DNA of 64,000 bases from Candidatus Bathyarchaeia archaeon (GCA_038883775.1 JAVZLM010000005.1:96001-160000), one strand, 5' to 3'. Counted from the stretch's first letter, positions 38,748 to 49,457 are shown. Numbers and translations are program-made. The notes: generated by a model from the sequence alone, not told the origin.

Positions 38748-39212
38748 TTGAAAACGCCCCATGATGTTCCAGCTTCCAAATTCATCGAAAAACTAGCCAA
38801 GTATCTAAAAGAAAATGTTGATGCGGTGAATCCGCCAAGCTGGGCTAATGTTGTAAAGACTGGCGCGCATGTTCAGAGGCAGCCTCAAAACTCGGACTGG
38901 TGGTATGTCCGCTGTGCCTCGTTGCTACGGAAAATTTACATTCACGGACCTATTGGCTTGGAGAAGCTTAGGGCTGAGTATGGCGGGAGGAAAGATTTCG
39001 GCGTTAAACCGGAGCATGTGGTTAAAGCTGGCGGCACAATAATAAGGAAGGCTTTACAACAGTTAGAAGCGGCGGGTTTAATTGAAACTGCTAAGCCTCA
39101 AGGAAGGAGAATGACAAAGGAAGGCAGGAAACTTCTGCATGAAATAGCCGAAGATGTGGGTAAGGAACTGGTGAAGGCGATTCCGGAATTAGAGAAATAC
39201 CAAAAAGGGTGA
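38748..39212 (+). CDS. rps19e: 30S ribosomal protein S19e
   Basis: [30 protein letters not shown]. Confidence 0.96.
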   Translation: MKTPHDVPASKFIEKLAKYLKENVDAVNPPSWANVVKTGAHVQRQPQNSDWWYVRCASLLRKIYIHGPIGLEKLRAEYGGRKDFGVKPEHVVKAGGTIIRKALQQLEAAGLIETAKPQGRRMTKEGRKLLHEIAEDVGKELVKAIPELEKYQKG

Positions 39213-39541
39213 GTGAAATGTCTGAGGACGAGAGCGAACTGGAAGAGCTTAGGAGAAGAAAACTCTTAGCCTTACAGCAGAAATTGGCTGAGGAGCAAAG
39301 GCAAGCGCAGATAGAACAGCAAAAACAGGCTTTGCTTAGAAAAATACTAACGCCAGACGCCAGACAAAGGCTCACAAACCTTAAAATGGTTAGACCAGAA
39401 TTTACAGAACAGCTGGAACTTCAGCTAATCCAACTGGCACAGCAGGGAAAACTTCCCATACCCTTAACGGATGCTCAATTAAAGCAAATTCTCATTCAAC
39501 TTCAATCTCAAAGGCGTGAACCACGCATAAGAAGGATATAG
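39209..39541 (+). CDS. PDCD5-family DNA-binding protein
   Basis: [28 protein letters not shown]. Confidence 0.92.
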   Translation: MSEMSEDESELEELRRRKLLALQQKLAEEQRQAQIEQQKQALLRKILTPDARQRLTNLKMVRPEFTEQLELQLIQLAQQGKLPIPLTDAQLKQILIQLQSQRREPRIRRI

Positions 39542-39543
39542 AC

Positions 39544-39699
39544 ATGGCTAGAAACAAACCAACAGCAAAAAAACGGCGACTTGCGAAAGCCGGAAAACAA
39601 AAGAAGGCTGTTCCAACATGGGTTATAGCCAAAACTGCTGGAAAATTTAGGGCTCATCCCAAGAGAAGGATGTGGAGAATCAGAAAAATAAAGGCTTAG
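39544..39699 (+). CDS. rpl39e: 50S ribosomal protein L39e (not in the ORF track)
   Basis: Read directly: [51 protein letters not shown]. Confidence 0.95.
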   Translation: MARNKPTAKKRRLAKAGKQKKAVPTWVIAKTAGKFRAHPKRRMWRIRKIKA

Positions 39700-39711
39700 A
39701 AGGAATAGCCT

Positions 39712-40221
39712 ATGAAAGAAGAAAAAGTTGAAGAAGAACCAGTTAAAGAGAAAGAAGAAGAGTTAGCGGAAACGATGGAAAAAGCAAAAACTGAAGAAAT
39801 AGAAGAGGAAGAGAACGAAGAAGTTGAGGAAGCGGATGAAACAGCAATAACAGAAGAAGAAATGCCGCCGCCACCAAAGGAAGAAGAGGTTAAACCACCG
39901 CCACGGGAAGAAAAGCCCGAAGAAGAAATTGTTGAAGAAAGGATTTACACGATTCCCTTAGGCAAAGCGTGGATTGGCCCGCCAAAAAAGAGGGCGCCCC
40001 GAGCCATGCGCATAATTAAGAGTTTTTTGATTAAGCACATGAAACTTGAGAAGAAAGGAGAAGGCGAAGAGGAAGAAGCGCCTAAAAGACTCATTATTAG
40101 TAATGAAGTGAATGAAAAGATTTGGAGCAGAGGGATAGAGAAGCCTCCGAGGAAAGTTAGGGTTAGGGCTGCAAAAGATAAAGAAGGCAATGTAACGGTT
40201 TATTTGGCTGAGGGAGACTAA
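39712..40221 (+). CDS. rpl31e: 50S ribosomal protein L31e with long acidic N-terminal extension
   Basis: ERIYTIPL, KRAPRAM, NEKIWSRGIEKPP. Confidence 0.94.
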   Translation: MKEEKVEEEPVKEKEEELAETMEKAKTEEIEEEENEEVEEADETAITEEEMPPPPKEEEVKPPPREEKPEEEIVEERIYTIPLGKAWIGPPKKRAPRAMRIIKSFLIKHMKLEKKGEGEEEEAPKRLIISNEVNEKIWSRGIEKPPRKVRVRAAKDKEGNVTVYLAEGD

Positions 40222-40224
40222 TAT

Positions 40225-40905
40225 TTGGCGGTTTACCTTTCCAGCCTTTTTGGAAGCCCAAGCATAGGCGTATATTCCCTTTCCACAGACAAGGCGGTAA
40301 TAATTCCAAAGCTAGTTCCAATTAAAAAGGCTGAAAGGATTGAAAATTGGCTTAAAGTAAAACTTATCCACACAACCATTGGCGGTTCAGTTCTTGTTGG
40401 AGCGCTTGCGTGTGCAAACTCTAATGGGATTTTGCTTCCCCATTTTGTTAGGGAAGAGGAGCTTGAAATTATAAAATCTGTTTTTGAAGGAAATATAACG
40501 GTGATGGAGACAAAGAAAACTGCCTATGGAAATATGGTTTTAGCCAACGATTACGGCGCCATCGTAGACCCAAGACTAAAGAGTGCGGAAATTAAGAAAA
40601 TTTCTGAAACCTTAGGCGTTGAAGCTGTACAAGGCGAAATTGCTGGTTTGCCATATGTTGGTTCTTTGGCTTTCGCCACAAACAAGGGTGTTTTGGCTCA
40701 TCCCATGTTGAAGGGTTCTGAAAGGAAACTTTTGGAAGAAGTTTTGAAGGTTCCAGTGGACGTGGGCACTGTTAATTGCGGCATTCCATATGTGGGTACT
40801 GGTTTGATTGGCAACAGATATGCGGCTGTTGCTGGTTCCTTAACCACTGGACCCGAGATGTTTATAATTGGGAATGCCTTGGATGTTATGAAAGAGGATG
40901 ATTAA
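40225..40905 (+). CDS. eif6: Translation initiation factor 6
   Basis: IGVY, ANSNG, NKGVLAHP, GTVNCG, TTGPE. Confidence 0.95.
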   Translation: MAVYLSSLFGSPSIGVYSLSTDKAVIIPKLVPIKKAERIENWLKVKLIHTTIGGSVLVGALACANSNGILLPHFVREEELEIIKSVFEGNITVMETKKTAYGNMVLANDYGAIVDPRLKSAEIKKISETLGVEAVQGEIAGLPYVGSLAFATNKGVLAHPMLKGSERKLLEEVLKVPVDVGTVNCGIPYVGTGLIGNRYAAVAGSLTTGPEMFIIGNALDVMKEDD

Positions 40906-41155
40906 AGTGAAAGTTTTCAGAGTTACCGGCGAAATTCGAAAGCCGAACTTGCAATCGCCTTTTAAGAAAGAAGTCATAGCCGTAAAACCAGAACATGCCA
41001 TAGAAAGGGTTTACGCAGAACTGGGCAGCAAACATAGGGCTAAACGTTTCCAAATAAAAATCCTAAACGTCGAAGAAATTCCAGTTGATGAAATAGAAAA
41101 TCCGCTTTTACGAAAACTTGTTTTGGGAGAAGAAGAAGTTGGCAAGCAAAAGTGA
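40898..41155 (+). CDS. rpl18a: 50S ribosomal protein L18Ae (LX)
   Basis: FKKEV.A.KPEHAIERVYAELGSKH. Confidence 0.92.
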   Translation: MIKVKVFRVTGEIRKPNLQSPFKKEVIAVKPEHAIERVYAELGSKHRAKRFQIKILNVEEIPVDEIENPLLRKLVLGEEEVGKQK

Positions 41156-41585
41156 AGAAGAACTCCGTAAACTAAGCGTTGAAATCCGCTTCTTGGAACA
41201 GACAGCAGAGACCATACAATCCAGAATAAACGCTGTAAACGCCGTCGTAACAGACCTAACCTACGCAAGCATGACATTGGAAGGCTTAGAAAAAGAAAAG
41301 GAAAACACGGAACTCCTAGTTCCAATAGGCGGCAACTCCTACATAAAGGCAAGACTTGAAAACCCAGACAAAGTAATCGTTGGAATGGGGGCTGGCATTT
41401 CCCTAGAAAAAACATTGCAAGAGGCAAAAGAAATCATTAAAAAACGATTAGAAAACCTGGAGAAAACAAGGAATACCCTTCAACAACAGCTCGCTCAAGT
41501 GGCTGAAAGAATTGAAGAAGACAGAGAAAAATTTGAAACCATAATAGCCGAATTAAGGGAGAGGAAAGCTTCAGAAAATGTTTGA
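41139..41585 (+). CDS. pfdA: Prefoldin alpha subunit
   Basis: Coiled coils flanking LVPIGGNSYI...VIVGMGAG; TTG start at 41139 chosen. Confidence 0.93.
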   Translation: MASKSEEELRKLSVEIRFLEQTAETIQSRINAVNAVVTDLTYASMTLEGLEKEKENTELLVPIGGNSYIKARLENPDKVIVGMGAGISLEKTLQEAKEIIKKRLENLEKTRNTLQQQLAQVAERIEEDREKFETIIAELRERKASENV

Positions 41586-42483
41586 AAGGCTTAAATCTGG
41601 ACTGAAAGGACTCGTAAATAAGGTTACGACAACAGAGCTTAAGGCTGAAAACCTCCGCTCGCTTCTTTCAGAATTCAAAATAAACCTTGTAGAAAATGAT
41701 GTCGCCTTTCCAGTGGCTGAAAAAATATGCAATGAAATGGAAAAACGCCTAGACGGCGTCCAAGTAAAAAGATTAGAAGATCGCAGAAAAATAGTGAAAC
41801 AAAATCTTAGAGAAGTCCTCCTGGAAACACTGCTAACAAACAACAAAATCGATTTGTTAAGGACTGTGGAAGAAAAACGCAAGAAAGGCGAACCATTCGT
41901 CATAGTTTTCGTTGGAATAAACGGAACAGGAAAAACAACAACCATAGCCAAAGTCGCCAAATTCCTTAACAAAAAAGGCTATTCGGTTGTGCTTGCATGC
42001 AGCGACACTTACAGGGCTGGCTCAATAGAGCAGTTGGAGGAACATGCAAAACGTTTGGGAATGCGGATGATTAAGCACAAGTATGGTTCAGACCCCGCGG
42101 CTGTTGCCTATGACACCATAAACCACGCAAAAGCCCATGGAATAAATGTGGTTTTAATAGATACTGCTGGAAGAATGCAAACAAACAGAAACTTAATGGA
42201 CGAGTTGGCAAAAATTAAACGCATCGCAAACCCAGACCTAACAATCCTTACAGTGGATTCGTTAACGGGCAATGATGCAGTTATGCAAGCAGAAGAATTC
42301 CATAAAAGCGTTGGAATAGATGCAACAATATTGACAAAGGTTGATGCTGACATTAAGGGAGGTTCAGCCTTAAGCGTAACCTACGTAACCAAAAAACCTA
42401 TCCTCTTCATTGGAACTGGACAAAAATATGATGATTTAGAAGAGTTCAACCCAGAAAAATTTGTGCAGATGATAATTAAATAG
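41578..42483 (+). CDS. ftsY: Signal recognition particle receptor FtsY
   Basis: GINGTGKTTTIAK, DTYRAG, DTAGR, TKVD, GTGQ. Confidence 0.96.
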   Translation: MFERLKSGLKGLVNKVTTTELKAENLRSLLSEFKINLVENDVAFPVAEKICNEMEKRLDGVQVKRLEDRRKIVKQNLREVLLETLLTNNKIDLLRTVEEKRKKGEPFVIVFVGINGTGKTTTIAKVAKFLNKKGYSVVLACSDTYRAGSIEQLEEHAKRLGMRMIKHKYGSDPAAVAYDTINHAKAHGINVVLIDTAGRMQTNRNLMDELAKIKRIANPDLTILTVDSLTGNDAVMQAEEFHKSVGIDATILTKVDADIKGGSALSVTYVTKKPILFIGTGQKYDDLEEFNPEKFVQMIIK

Positions 42484-42498
42484 TTGAGTTTATTCTCT

Positions 42499-43413
42499 CT
42501 AGTATTTTCCCAACAGTTTTAGCAGTATAGCCTTCGCAGAATAAAGCCTATTTTCACTTTGCTCGTAAATTATTGATTTTGGGCTTTCTATAACGTCTGG
42601 GCTTATTTCGTAGCCTCTATGGATTGGCATGTCATGCATTATGTAAGCGCTGCTTTCCTTTAATAGCTCCATGTTTATTTGGTAGGGCATCATAATTTTG
42701 ACGCGCTTCTCCTTTTCCGCAGCATATTTTGGGTCAAGGAAGAATTCCATGTCAACCCAAGTGTCTGTGTAAACAAAATCCGCATCTTTAACAGCCCTTT
42801 TAACGTCTAAGGTTGTTTCCCAAAGCCCAGTTTTCTTCGCATTTTCCAAAAGCTCCTCATCCCTTGATGGCTCGTTAAATATGGGCGTTACAGTGGTTAT
42901 TTTTACGCCAGTTTTTGTGCATCCATCAATGAGCGAATTGCAGACATTGTTGTGGGCTCCTATGTAAACGAGTTTAACGCCTTTTAACTTGCCCTTCTTC
43001 TCTTTCATGGTCATTAAGTCGGCTATGGCTTGACTTGGATGATATTTCTCATCGCATCCGTTAATTACTGGAACACGGGAAGCCTTAGCCATAACTTGCA
43101 AATCAGCATTTCGTAGCAATCTAGCCATTATGCAATCCACATTACGCGACAAATATTGCGTCTCATCGTAAACATCAGCCAAAGTGAAGTTTGATGTCCT
43201 CCAATCAATGTATAGGGCATGTCCACCAAGCTGGGTCATCGCCACTTCAAAAGAAACCCTTGTCCGCGTGGAAGTCTTCTGAAAAATCATAGCCAAAGAC
43301 TTGCCAGCTAAAGCATTTTTATATTTTTCAGGGTTATGCTTAACTTCTATAGCCTTATCGATTATTGCTGTTAATTGTTGACCGGACAATTCTTTAAAAT
43401 TGATTAGGTGCAT
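42499..43413 (-). CDS. argF: Ornithine carbamoyltransferase
   Basis: STRTRVSF, HPSQ, TDTWVDM, HDMP. Confidence 0.9.
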   Translation of the reverse strand: MHLINFKELSGQQLTAIIDKAIEVKHNPEKYKNALAGKSLAMIFQKTSTRTRVSFEVAMTQLGGHALYIDWRTSNFTLADVYDETQYLSRNVDCIMARLLRNADLQVMAKASRVPVINGCDEKYHPSQAIADLMTMKEKKGKLKGVKLVYIGAHNNVCNSLIDGCTKTGVKITTVTPIFNEPSRDEELLENAKKTGLWETTLDVKRAVKDADFVYTDTWVDMEFFLDPKYAAEKEKRVKIMMPYQINMELLKESSAYIMHDMPIHRGYEISPDVIESPKSIIYEQSENRLYSAKAILLKLLGKY

Positions 43414-43516
43414 TTTAGCTGCCTCTTTAAACTTTAAGGCTTCAACTGATTTTAACTGTTATAAGCTTTATGGAAACCTTTTTCTTAACATCCAACATTT
43501 GAATTATAGAAACAGA

Positions 43517-44344
43517 ATGACAATTCTGATAGCAGCCTCAAACAAAGATGTGGCAAGCTTAAACATTAAAAGGCAAATTCTAAACTACTACAATTTTAAT
43601 GAAAGTACTGAAAAATTTCAGCAGAATTCAATTTATATAGCCGAAATAGGTGGCAGAGAAGCCAAACTCGTAACGTTAAATGAAGAATTAGTAAGCGCAC
43701 AAAACATAACTGATTTCTTTAAGGATTTAGAACTTGTGGTTTTCATTTCTAGGCATAGCAGCGAAAGCGGCACCCCAACCCTTTCTGTACACACGCCTGG
43801 CAATTTGGGCGAAGCAGAATTGGGCGGACTTCCAAGAAGGGTTTCTGTTTCTCCGGCAAACGCCATGAGAAACGCTTTAAAGGCTTTAAAACAATTTAGG
43901 GATGAGATGCGTTTGGATTATGAAGTTTGTTATGAATGCACCCATCATGGACCATCATTAAATGTGCCAACCATGTTCGTAGAGCTGGGAAGTTCGCCAA
44001 AACAATGGAGCGATTTGAAGGCGGCTGAAGCCGTTGCCCACGCAGCAATAAAAGCCGTATCCACTTTCGGTGAAGCTGAGGCTAAAGCAGTTTTAGGCAT
44101 TGGTGGACCCCACTATAACTCAAAATTTACAAGAATGGCATTAGAGAGCGCAACAGCTTTTGGTCATATAATTCCAAAATATGCCATTCCATACGTGGAT
44201 GCAGAGATTTTAAGGCAATGTGCAGAGAAAACTTTGGAAAAAGTTGAAAATGTAATCTTAGATTGGAAAGGAATAAAAGGCGAAAACAAAGCCAAACTTG
44301 TCGAAATGCTTCAGGAAATATGCGTTTCAATCCAAAAGGTTTAA
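43517..44344 (+). CDS. dtdA: D-aminoacyl-tRNA deacylase (DTD2/GEK1 type)
   Basis: SRHSS, SVHTPGN, ECTHHGP, FVELGS, GGPHY, GHIIPKY; start at internal Met 43517. Confidence 0.92.
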   Translation: MTILIAASNKDVASLNIKRQILNYYNFNESTEKFQQNSIYIAEIGGREAKLVTLNEELVSAQNITDFFKDLELVVFISRHSSESGTPTLSVHTPGNLGEAELGGLPRRVSVSPANAMRNALKALKQFRDEMRLDYEVCYECTHHGPSLNVPTMFVELGSSPKQWSDLKAAEAVAHAAIKAVSTFGEAEAKAVLGIGGPHYNSKFTRMALESATAFGHIIPKYAIPYVDAEILRQCAEKTLEKVENVILDWKGIKGENKAKLVEMLQEICVSIQKV

Positions 44345-44406
44345 TTCAAAAATTGATCTCTCAAAAACATAAAAACATTTTTCCTTACAATTATAGTGAA
44401 TGGTTG

Positions 44407-45091
44407 ATGACCCAAAGAAAAGACTTCAGCAAGCCATCAAAAATTGCACAGTTTATAACAATATACCTTTATCCCTTAGTCATGACTGGTGCCTTAGTTG
44501 CCGCAGGATTACATTTCGTTAATTATGTAGAATACAGCGGACCATATAGCAGAACATATATGGAAAGACCGATAATCCTAAACAGTAGCCAAACCTTCAC
44601 GTTTCATTTGTAACATACGTGAAAATCAATCTTACCTAGGCACATTATTCTTTGAAGAAAACTATACATTTTGTTATCTGATGAAAACGGTTTCTAAACC
44701 TAAAACATTAACTAAATGGGAGATTGTAAGATTCACGTTATGGTTCGAAGTAAATGAATCTCTTGATGCATGGTTTGCAAGTTATGATCTGCAAGGAAAT
44801 GTTATGGAAAACTTTCAATTTCATTCAGCTCCAGGTGTCTATTATCCCCTAACGGAGTATATTGAAGTCGCTCAGGCTGGAACATACAAGTTTGAACTGA
44901 AAAATTGCAATACACAAGATACACATGTTTTTCTGCACATTTACATAGAAGAGACGGTATTCGAGAAACCATACTTTTACTACGGCGTTTTGGGAATAAC
45001 TATAGCCGTACTTTACCCCACTTTCTTATTTTTAGGGGTTTTGGTGCGAAGTTTAGTTTCGAAATTTAAGCGTAATAACCATTTAAAATAA
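44407..45091 (+). pseudogene. Frameshifted membrane protein (N- and C-terminal TM, extracellular beta domain)
   Basis: First ORF stops at 44613; the frame of the second ORF is open back to about 44600 (FICNIRENQSYLGTLFFEENY), so one extra base near 44602-44604 would join them. Confidence 0.6.
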
Positions 45092-45251
45092 GACTTAACA
45101 GTGGTCGTTTCAGAAAACCATTTGGAAGTTTACACAAAATTTCATTTATTTTTCGTTAGAGGAAAAAGTTAATAGAAAGGGTTTAAACACTTTATCAAAG
45201 TTATAGCAACGTTTATTATGTTAAAGTTGAAATGTTGAGTGTGCGATTAAA

Positions 45252-45440
45252 ATGGGCTTAAGGTCATTCCTATCCCAAGCTGCAAGAACATTAAAGCTTG
45301 CAGTGAAACCAGGAAAAAGTGAGGTTTGGCTATCATTGAAAATATGCTTTTTGGGCATAGGCGCCATTGGAATAATAGGATTCGTCATAAAACTTTTATC
45401 ATCGATTCTGCAACCAGGCGGAACCGCCACAGCCACTTAA
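45252..45440 (+). CDS. secE: Protein translocase subunit SecE (Sec61 gamma)
   Basis: RTLKLAVKP...E...G...IGIIGFVI; upstream of spt5. Confidence 0.92.
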   Translation: MGLRSFLSQAARTLKLAVKPGKSEVWLSLKICFLGIGAIGIIGFVIKLLSSILQPGGTATAT

Positions 45441-45452
45441 GAAGGAAAAATT

Positions 45453-45938
45453 ATGGCAAAAAGCGAAGAGTTTTCCACAAAAATTTTTGCTGTAAAAACA
45501 ACCACTGGGCAAGAGCGGAATGTGGCAAAATTGATTACGGCGAGAATTGAAATGAACAATATACCAATAAAGGCAATTCTTGTCCCAGAAACCCTAAGGG
45601 GTTATGTTTTTGTGGAAGCGGAAGGACCCCACTTTGTAGAACAAGCCATAGCTGGCATAAGGCATGTGCGCTCAAGGGTTCCAGGAGTTGTAAACTTTTC
45701 AGAAATTGAAAGATACATTGTAAGAAAACCAGTGATTGAAGAGTTAAGCGAAAATGACATAGTGGAAGTGACAGGTGGACCCTTTAAGGGAATGCGAGCA
45801 AAAATAACACGCATAGACAAGAGCAAAGCGGAAGTAACCCTTGAACTTTTGGAGGCAACATTCACCTTGCCCATAACCGTGCATTCTGATTACGTTAAGC
45901 TTGTGGAGAAAACAAAAACCGAAGGTGGCGAAAAGTAA
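45453..45938 (+). CDS. spt5: Transcription elongation factor Spt5
   Basis: [19 protein letters not shown] motif [10 protein letters not shown]. Confidence 0.96.
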   Translation: MAKSEEFSTKIFAVKTTTGQERNVAKLITARIEMNNIPIKAILVPETLRGYVFVEAEGPHFVEQAIAGIRHVRSRVPGVVNFSEIERYIVRKPVIEELSENDIVEVTGGPFKGMRAKITRIDKSKAEVTLELLEATFTLPITVHSDYVKLVEKTKTEGGEK

Positions 45939-46426
45939 TGGCTGAGAAAAAAGTTGTGGAATTACTTGTAAGCGGCGGACAAGCAACAGCAGGTCCGCCA
46001 CTGGGTCCGGCTTTGGGTCCTTTAGGCGTTAATGTTATGATGATTGTAAACAAGATTAATGAGCTTACAAAGGATTATGCTGGAATGAAGGTTCCAGTGA
46101 AAGTTTCTGTTGACCCAGAAACAAAAGAGTTCGAAGTGACTGTTGGAACACCCACCATGTCCGCCTTAATTGTTAGTGAATTAAAAATAGAGAAGGGTTC
46201 AGGAACGCCAAGCACACAAAAAGTTGGAAACTTAACCATGGAACAGGTTGTACGTATAGCAAAAATTAAACGTCCAGAGCTTTTAGCAAAAACTTTGAAG
46301 GCAGCCGCAAAAGAAGTTTTGGGAAGTTGCGTTAGCATGGGCGTCACAGTGGAAGGCAAAGATCCCCGGGAAGTGCAAAAGGAAATCGATGAAGGCAAAT
46401 ATGACAAACTTTTTAGTCAAGAATAG
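45938..46426 (+). CDS. rpl11: 50S ribosomal protein L11
   Basis: [17 protein letters not shown]. Confidence 0.97.
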   Translation: MAEKKVVELLVSGGQATAGPPLGPALGPLGVNVMMIVNKINELTKDYAGMKVPVKVSVDPETKEFEVTVGTPTMSALIVSELKIEKGSGTPSTQKVGNLTMEQVVRIAKIKRPELLAKTLKAAAKEVLGSCVSMGVTVEGKDPREVQKEIDEGKYDKLFSQE

Positions 46427-46483
46427 GAATGAGAATATTTTTATAATCCCATTCTATTCCCTCATTGGCACGAGGCTCAAAAA

Positions 46484-47134
46484 ATGCCACTGGACCAAAA
46501 AACAATACTGAATGCGGTTAAAGAGGCAAAAGAGAAATCCAAAAAAAGAAACTTCAACCAATCCATAGAGCTAGTTCTAAGCTTAAAAGACATTGACATG
46601 AAATCGTCAGAGGGCAAAATCCAAGAAATCATAGAACTACCATATTTGCCTGAGAAAACGAACAAAATATGTGTTATAGCTACTGGAGAATTAGCCCTCA
46701 AAGCCAGAAAAGCTAATGCAGACCTTGTTATTGAAAGGGCTGAGCTTGAGGGGTTGGCTGGAAACAAAAGGGAACTACGGAAAATTGCGAATAATTATGA
46801 TTTCTTCATAGCCGAAGCCCCCCTAATGCCTACTGTGGGCAAAGTTTTGGGTCCAGTTTTGGGTCCGAGGGGTAAAATGCCCATTCCAGTTCCGCCAACA
46901 GCTGATATTGCAAGTCTGATAGAAAAGCATCGAAAAACAGTCATTTTAAGAATGAGAAACCAACCAGTCCTCCAATGCCGTGTTGGAACAGAAAACATGA
47001 AAGAAGAGGAAATAGCCGAAAACATTCAGACAATATTAAGGGTTGTGGAGGCAAAACTTAAAAGAGGAATAAAAAACATCAAGTCCACCTACATTAAAAC
47101 ATCTATGGGTCCACCAGTAAAAATTAAACCATAA
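46484..47134 (+). CDS. rpl1: 50S ribosomal protein L1
   Basis: RNFNQSIEL, LGPRGKMP, KTSMGP. Confidence 0.97.
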   Translation: MPLDQKTILNAVKEAKEKSKKRNFNQSIELVLSLKDIDMKSSEGKIQEIIELPYLPEKTNKICVIATGELALKARKANADLVIERAELEGLAGNKRELRKIANNYDFFIAEAPLMPTVGKVLGPVLGPRGKMPIPVPPTADIASLIEKHRKTVILRMRNQPVLQCRVGTENMKEEEIAENIQTILRVVEAKLKRGIKNIKSTYIKTSMGPPVKIKP

Positions 47135-47149
47135 AAGAGGGGAAGACCA

Positions 47150-48034
47150 ATGCCATCCCAACAGATCTTGCAGCAAAAAATCAGCGAAGTGGAAGAGGTA
47201 ACCCAACTAATAAAGCGACACAGAGCCATAGGAATCGCAAGCCTCCAAAAAGTTAGGGCAAGCCAGCTACAAGAGTTCAAGAAAAATCTTTCAGACAAGG
47301 TTTACATGAGAGTAATAAAGAATACACTGATGAGAAAAGTCATTGAGAAATGCAAAGAAAAGCCGAACCTTGAAAAGCTCATGGAACACTTAGCGGGCTC
47401 AAACATTTTCCTATTCACAAATTTAAACCCGTTCAAATTGGCGTTAATTCTTGAAAAAGGAAAAGTTAGAACTACAGCGAAAGCAGGCGACATAGCCGCC
47501 TTTGACATCATAGTTCCAGCTGGAAACACTGGGCAACCGCCAGGACCAATAATTAGTCAATTGAACGCTGTGGGTTTGCCGACAAGGATTGAGTCTGGAA
47601 GCGTCTGGGTTAGCAAGGATACATTGGTGGCGAGAAAGGGCGACGTAATTGATGAAAGGCTTGCAAGTGTCTTGTCGAAGCTTGGAATAAAACCTGTTGA
47701 GGCCGGATTATCCATTAGGGTTATTTATGATGATGGTTTGATAATAACCCAAGAACAGCTCAGAATAGACATAAAAGAAACCCAGCAAACCATCCAAAAA
47801 GCCCATGCGGATGCCTTTGCTCTTTCAATAAGCTGCGCTTATCCAACACCAGAAAACACTGTAACCCTTTTGCAGGTAGCTCATCAAGAAGCCTATGCGC
47901 TTTCAATTAATGCTGCCATCCCCACAAAGAATACAATAGCAGACTTGATTAGAAGGGCGTATATGGAAATGTTAAATTTAAGTAGTAGACTGCCTAATTT
48001 AGAGGGAAAAGTCGCATCAATTGAAAAAGGTTAA
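47150..48034 (+). CDS. rpl10: 50S ribosomal protein L10 (P0)
   Basis: KNTL, TNLNPFKL, AKAGDIA, GNTGQPPGP. Confidence 0.96.
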   Translation: MPSQQILQQKISEVEEVTQLIKRHRAIGIASLQKVRASQLQEFKKNLSDKVYMRVIKNTLMRKVIEKCKEKPNLEKLMEHLAGSNIFLFTNLNPFKLALILEKGKVRTTAKAGDIAAFDIIVPAGNTGQPPGPIISQLNAVGLPTRIESGSVWVSKDTLVARKGDVIDERLASVLSKLGIKPVEAGLSIRVIYDDGLIITQEQLRIDIKETQQTIQKAHADAFALSISCAYPTPENTVTLLQVAHQEAYALSINAAIPTKNTIADLIRRAYMEMLNLSSRLPNLEGKVASIEKG

Positions 48035-48061
48035 AATATTAGAATGAAGAGGTGAAAAGGT

Positions 48062-48388
48062 ATGGAATACATTTACGCCGCCATGCTCCTTCACAAAGCT
48101 GGAAAAGAAATAAACGAAGAAAACCTTACACAGGTTTTGACAGCAGCAGGCATAAACGTCGATACAATCCGCGTAAAAGCTTTAGTGGCTTCCTTAGCCG
48201 AAGTCAACATTGACGACGCCATCAAAACCGCACCAACAATGATGGCTGCACCAGTTGCCGCTGCGCCCGCATCAGCAACGCCAGCAGCAGAAGCTAAGCC
48301 AAAGGAAGAAGAGAAGAAAAAGAAGGAAGAGGAAGAGAAAGCAAAAGAAGAAGCAGCGTTGGAAGGCTTAGGCGCACTATTCGGTTAG
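48062..48388 (+). CDS. rpl12: 50S ribosomal protein L12 (P1)
   Basis: [11 protein letters not shown], Ala-rich hinge, GLGALFG. Confidence 0.97.
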   Translation: MEYIYAAMLLHKAGKEINEENLTQVLTAAGINVDTIRVKALVASLAEVNIDDAIKTAPTMMAAPVAAAPASATPAAEAKPKEEEKKKKEEEEKAKEEAALEGLGALFG

Positions 48389-48425
48389 AGAATTGCCCAT
48401 TTCTTTTACCGTCTTAAAAGGCTGT

Positions 48426-49457
48426 TTAACGCTTACGTTTTAGGCTTTTCCATAAAATAAACGGTATCCATCCACAAATAATCATTAAAGTTCCTGGAAA
48501 AGCCCCAGGGCGATAATTTAACAGAAAAGCCTCAAATATAAAGAAGGATGCGCCCATCCCTATGGCGGATAAAACTGCAACTTCTTTCCCAAATTTTTTC
48601 AAAGTTTGCAAAGCTAAGAGCCCAGCGAAGAAGAAGTCGCCCAAACCCAAGGACATGTAAACTTTGCCAAGCTCTGTTGCAATTTCCGGAACAGTCGGCA
48701 AAGTAATCAAAACTGGAAGTCTTAAACCCGAAACATGCGTTGCCGCGGAAACCATGGCGCCGCTAAACAAAACGAGAATTATGTCCATAAAGGTGAGGGC
48801 TCCAGCGAAAAATATGGTTATTTTCCACGTGAAAAGGCTTCCCAAATAAAGTATTATCAAAACTGCAAAGACTATTCCATACAAATTCAGCAAATACGGA
48901 AACCATATAGGGGTTCTGCTGAAAAATATGTATAGGCTTATGAACAAGGCTGGAGGTAAAACGGCCAAATACCATCTCTCCTTTGCACTAACTCGGCTTT
49001 CTTCGTAAAGCAAGGCTAGAAAAGCGAAAGTGAATAGTCCGAAAAAGGTTAAGGCTGCATAAACCGCTATGCTGTTTCCAATGAAAATAAAGAGGCTTGC
49101 CGAGCCTATCCAAAAGGTAACAGTGAGAAATGCTATGCAGAAGAGTTTGGCTCCAAATTTTTGAAAGTTCGAGAAAATGTAGGTAAAAGTAAAGAGAAGC
49201 GTAGAATAGGCGAAAAGGAACACTATCATAACAGCCATTTGAGGAATGAAAACGATAAGCCAAACAGTAACGCTGATTGCGCCTATAAGCAGAAGAGCAT
49301 CCAAAAAACCAAACTTTCTCTCTTCAAAAACGCCTTTTAGTTTTCCCTCAACCTTATCATTTAACAACATTGCTACAAGAGTAACAGCGAAAAGCGTTAA
49401 TGGCATGGCAAAGTCGAAATACATACAAGCACAATAGACGAACAAACATTTAAACAT
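48426..49457 (-). CDS. Presenilin/signal-peptide-peptidase-like intramembrane aspartyl protease
   Basis: Multi-TM; FMDIILV (first Asp), LGLGDF (GxGD), FPGT at the PAL position. Confidence 0.75.
   Translation of the reverse strand: MFKCLFVYCACMYFDFAMPLTLFAVTLVAMLLNDKVEGKLKGVFEERKFGFLDALLLIGAISVTVWLIVFIPQMAVMIVFLFAYSTLLFTFTYIFSNFQKFGAKLFCIAFLTVTFWIGSASLFIFIGNSIAVYAALTFFGLFTFAFLALLYEESRVSAKERWYLAVLPPALFISLYIFFSRTPIWFPYLLNLYGIVFAVLIILYLGSLFTWKITIFFAGALTFMDIILVLFSGAMVSAATHVSGLRLPVLITLPTVPEIATELGKVYMSLGLGDFFFAGLLALQTLKKFGKEVAVLSAIGMGASFFIFEAFLLNYRPGAFPGTLMIICGWIPFILWKSLKRKR

Noticed and set aside
48240-48360. GCA/GAA-rich repetitive sequence in rpl12
   Set aside because: Normal Ala-rich hinge and acidic tail of archaeal P1/L12, not a DNA repeat element.
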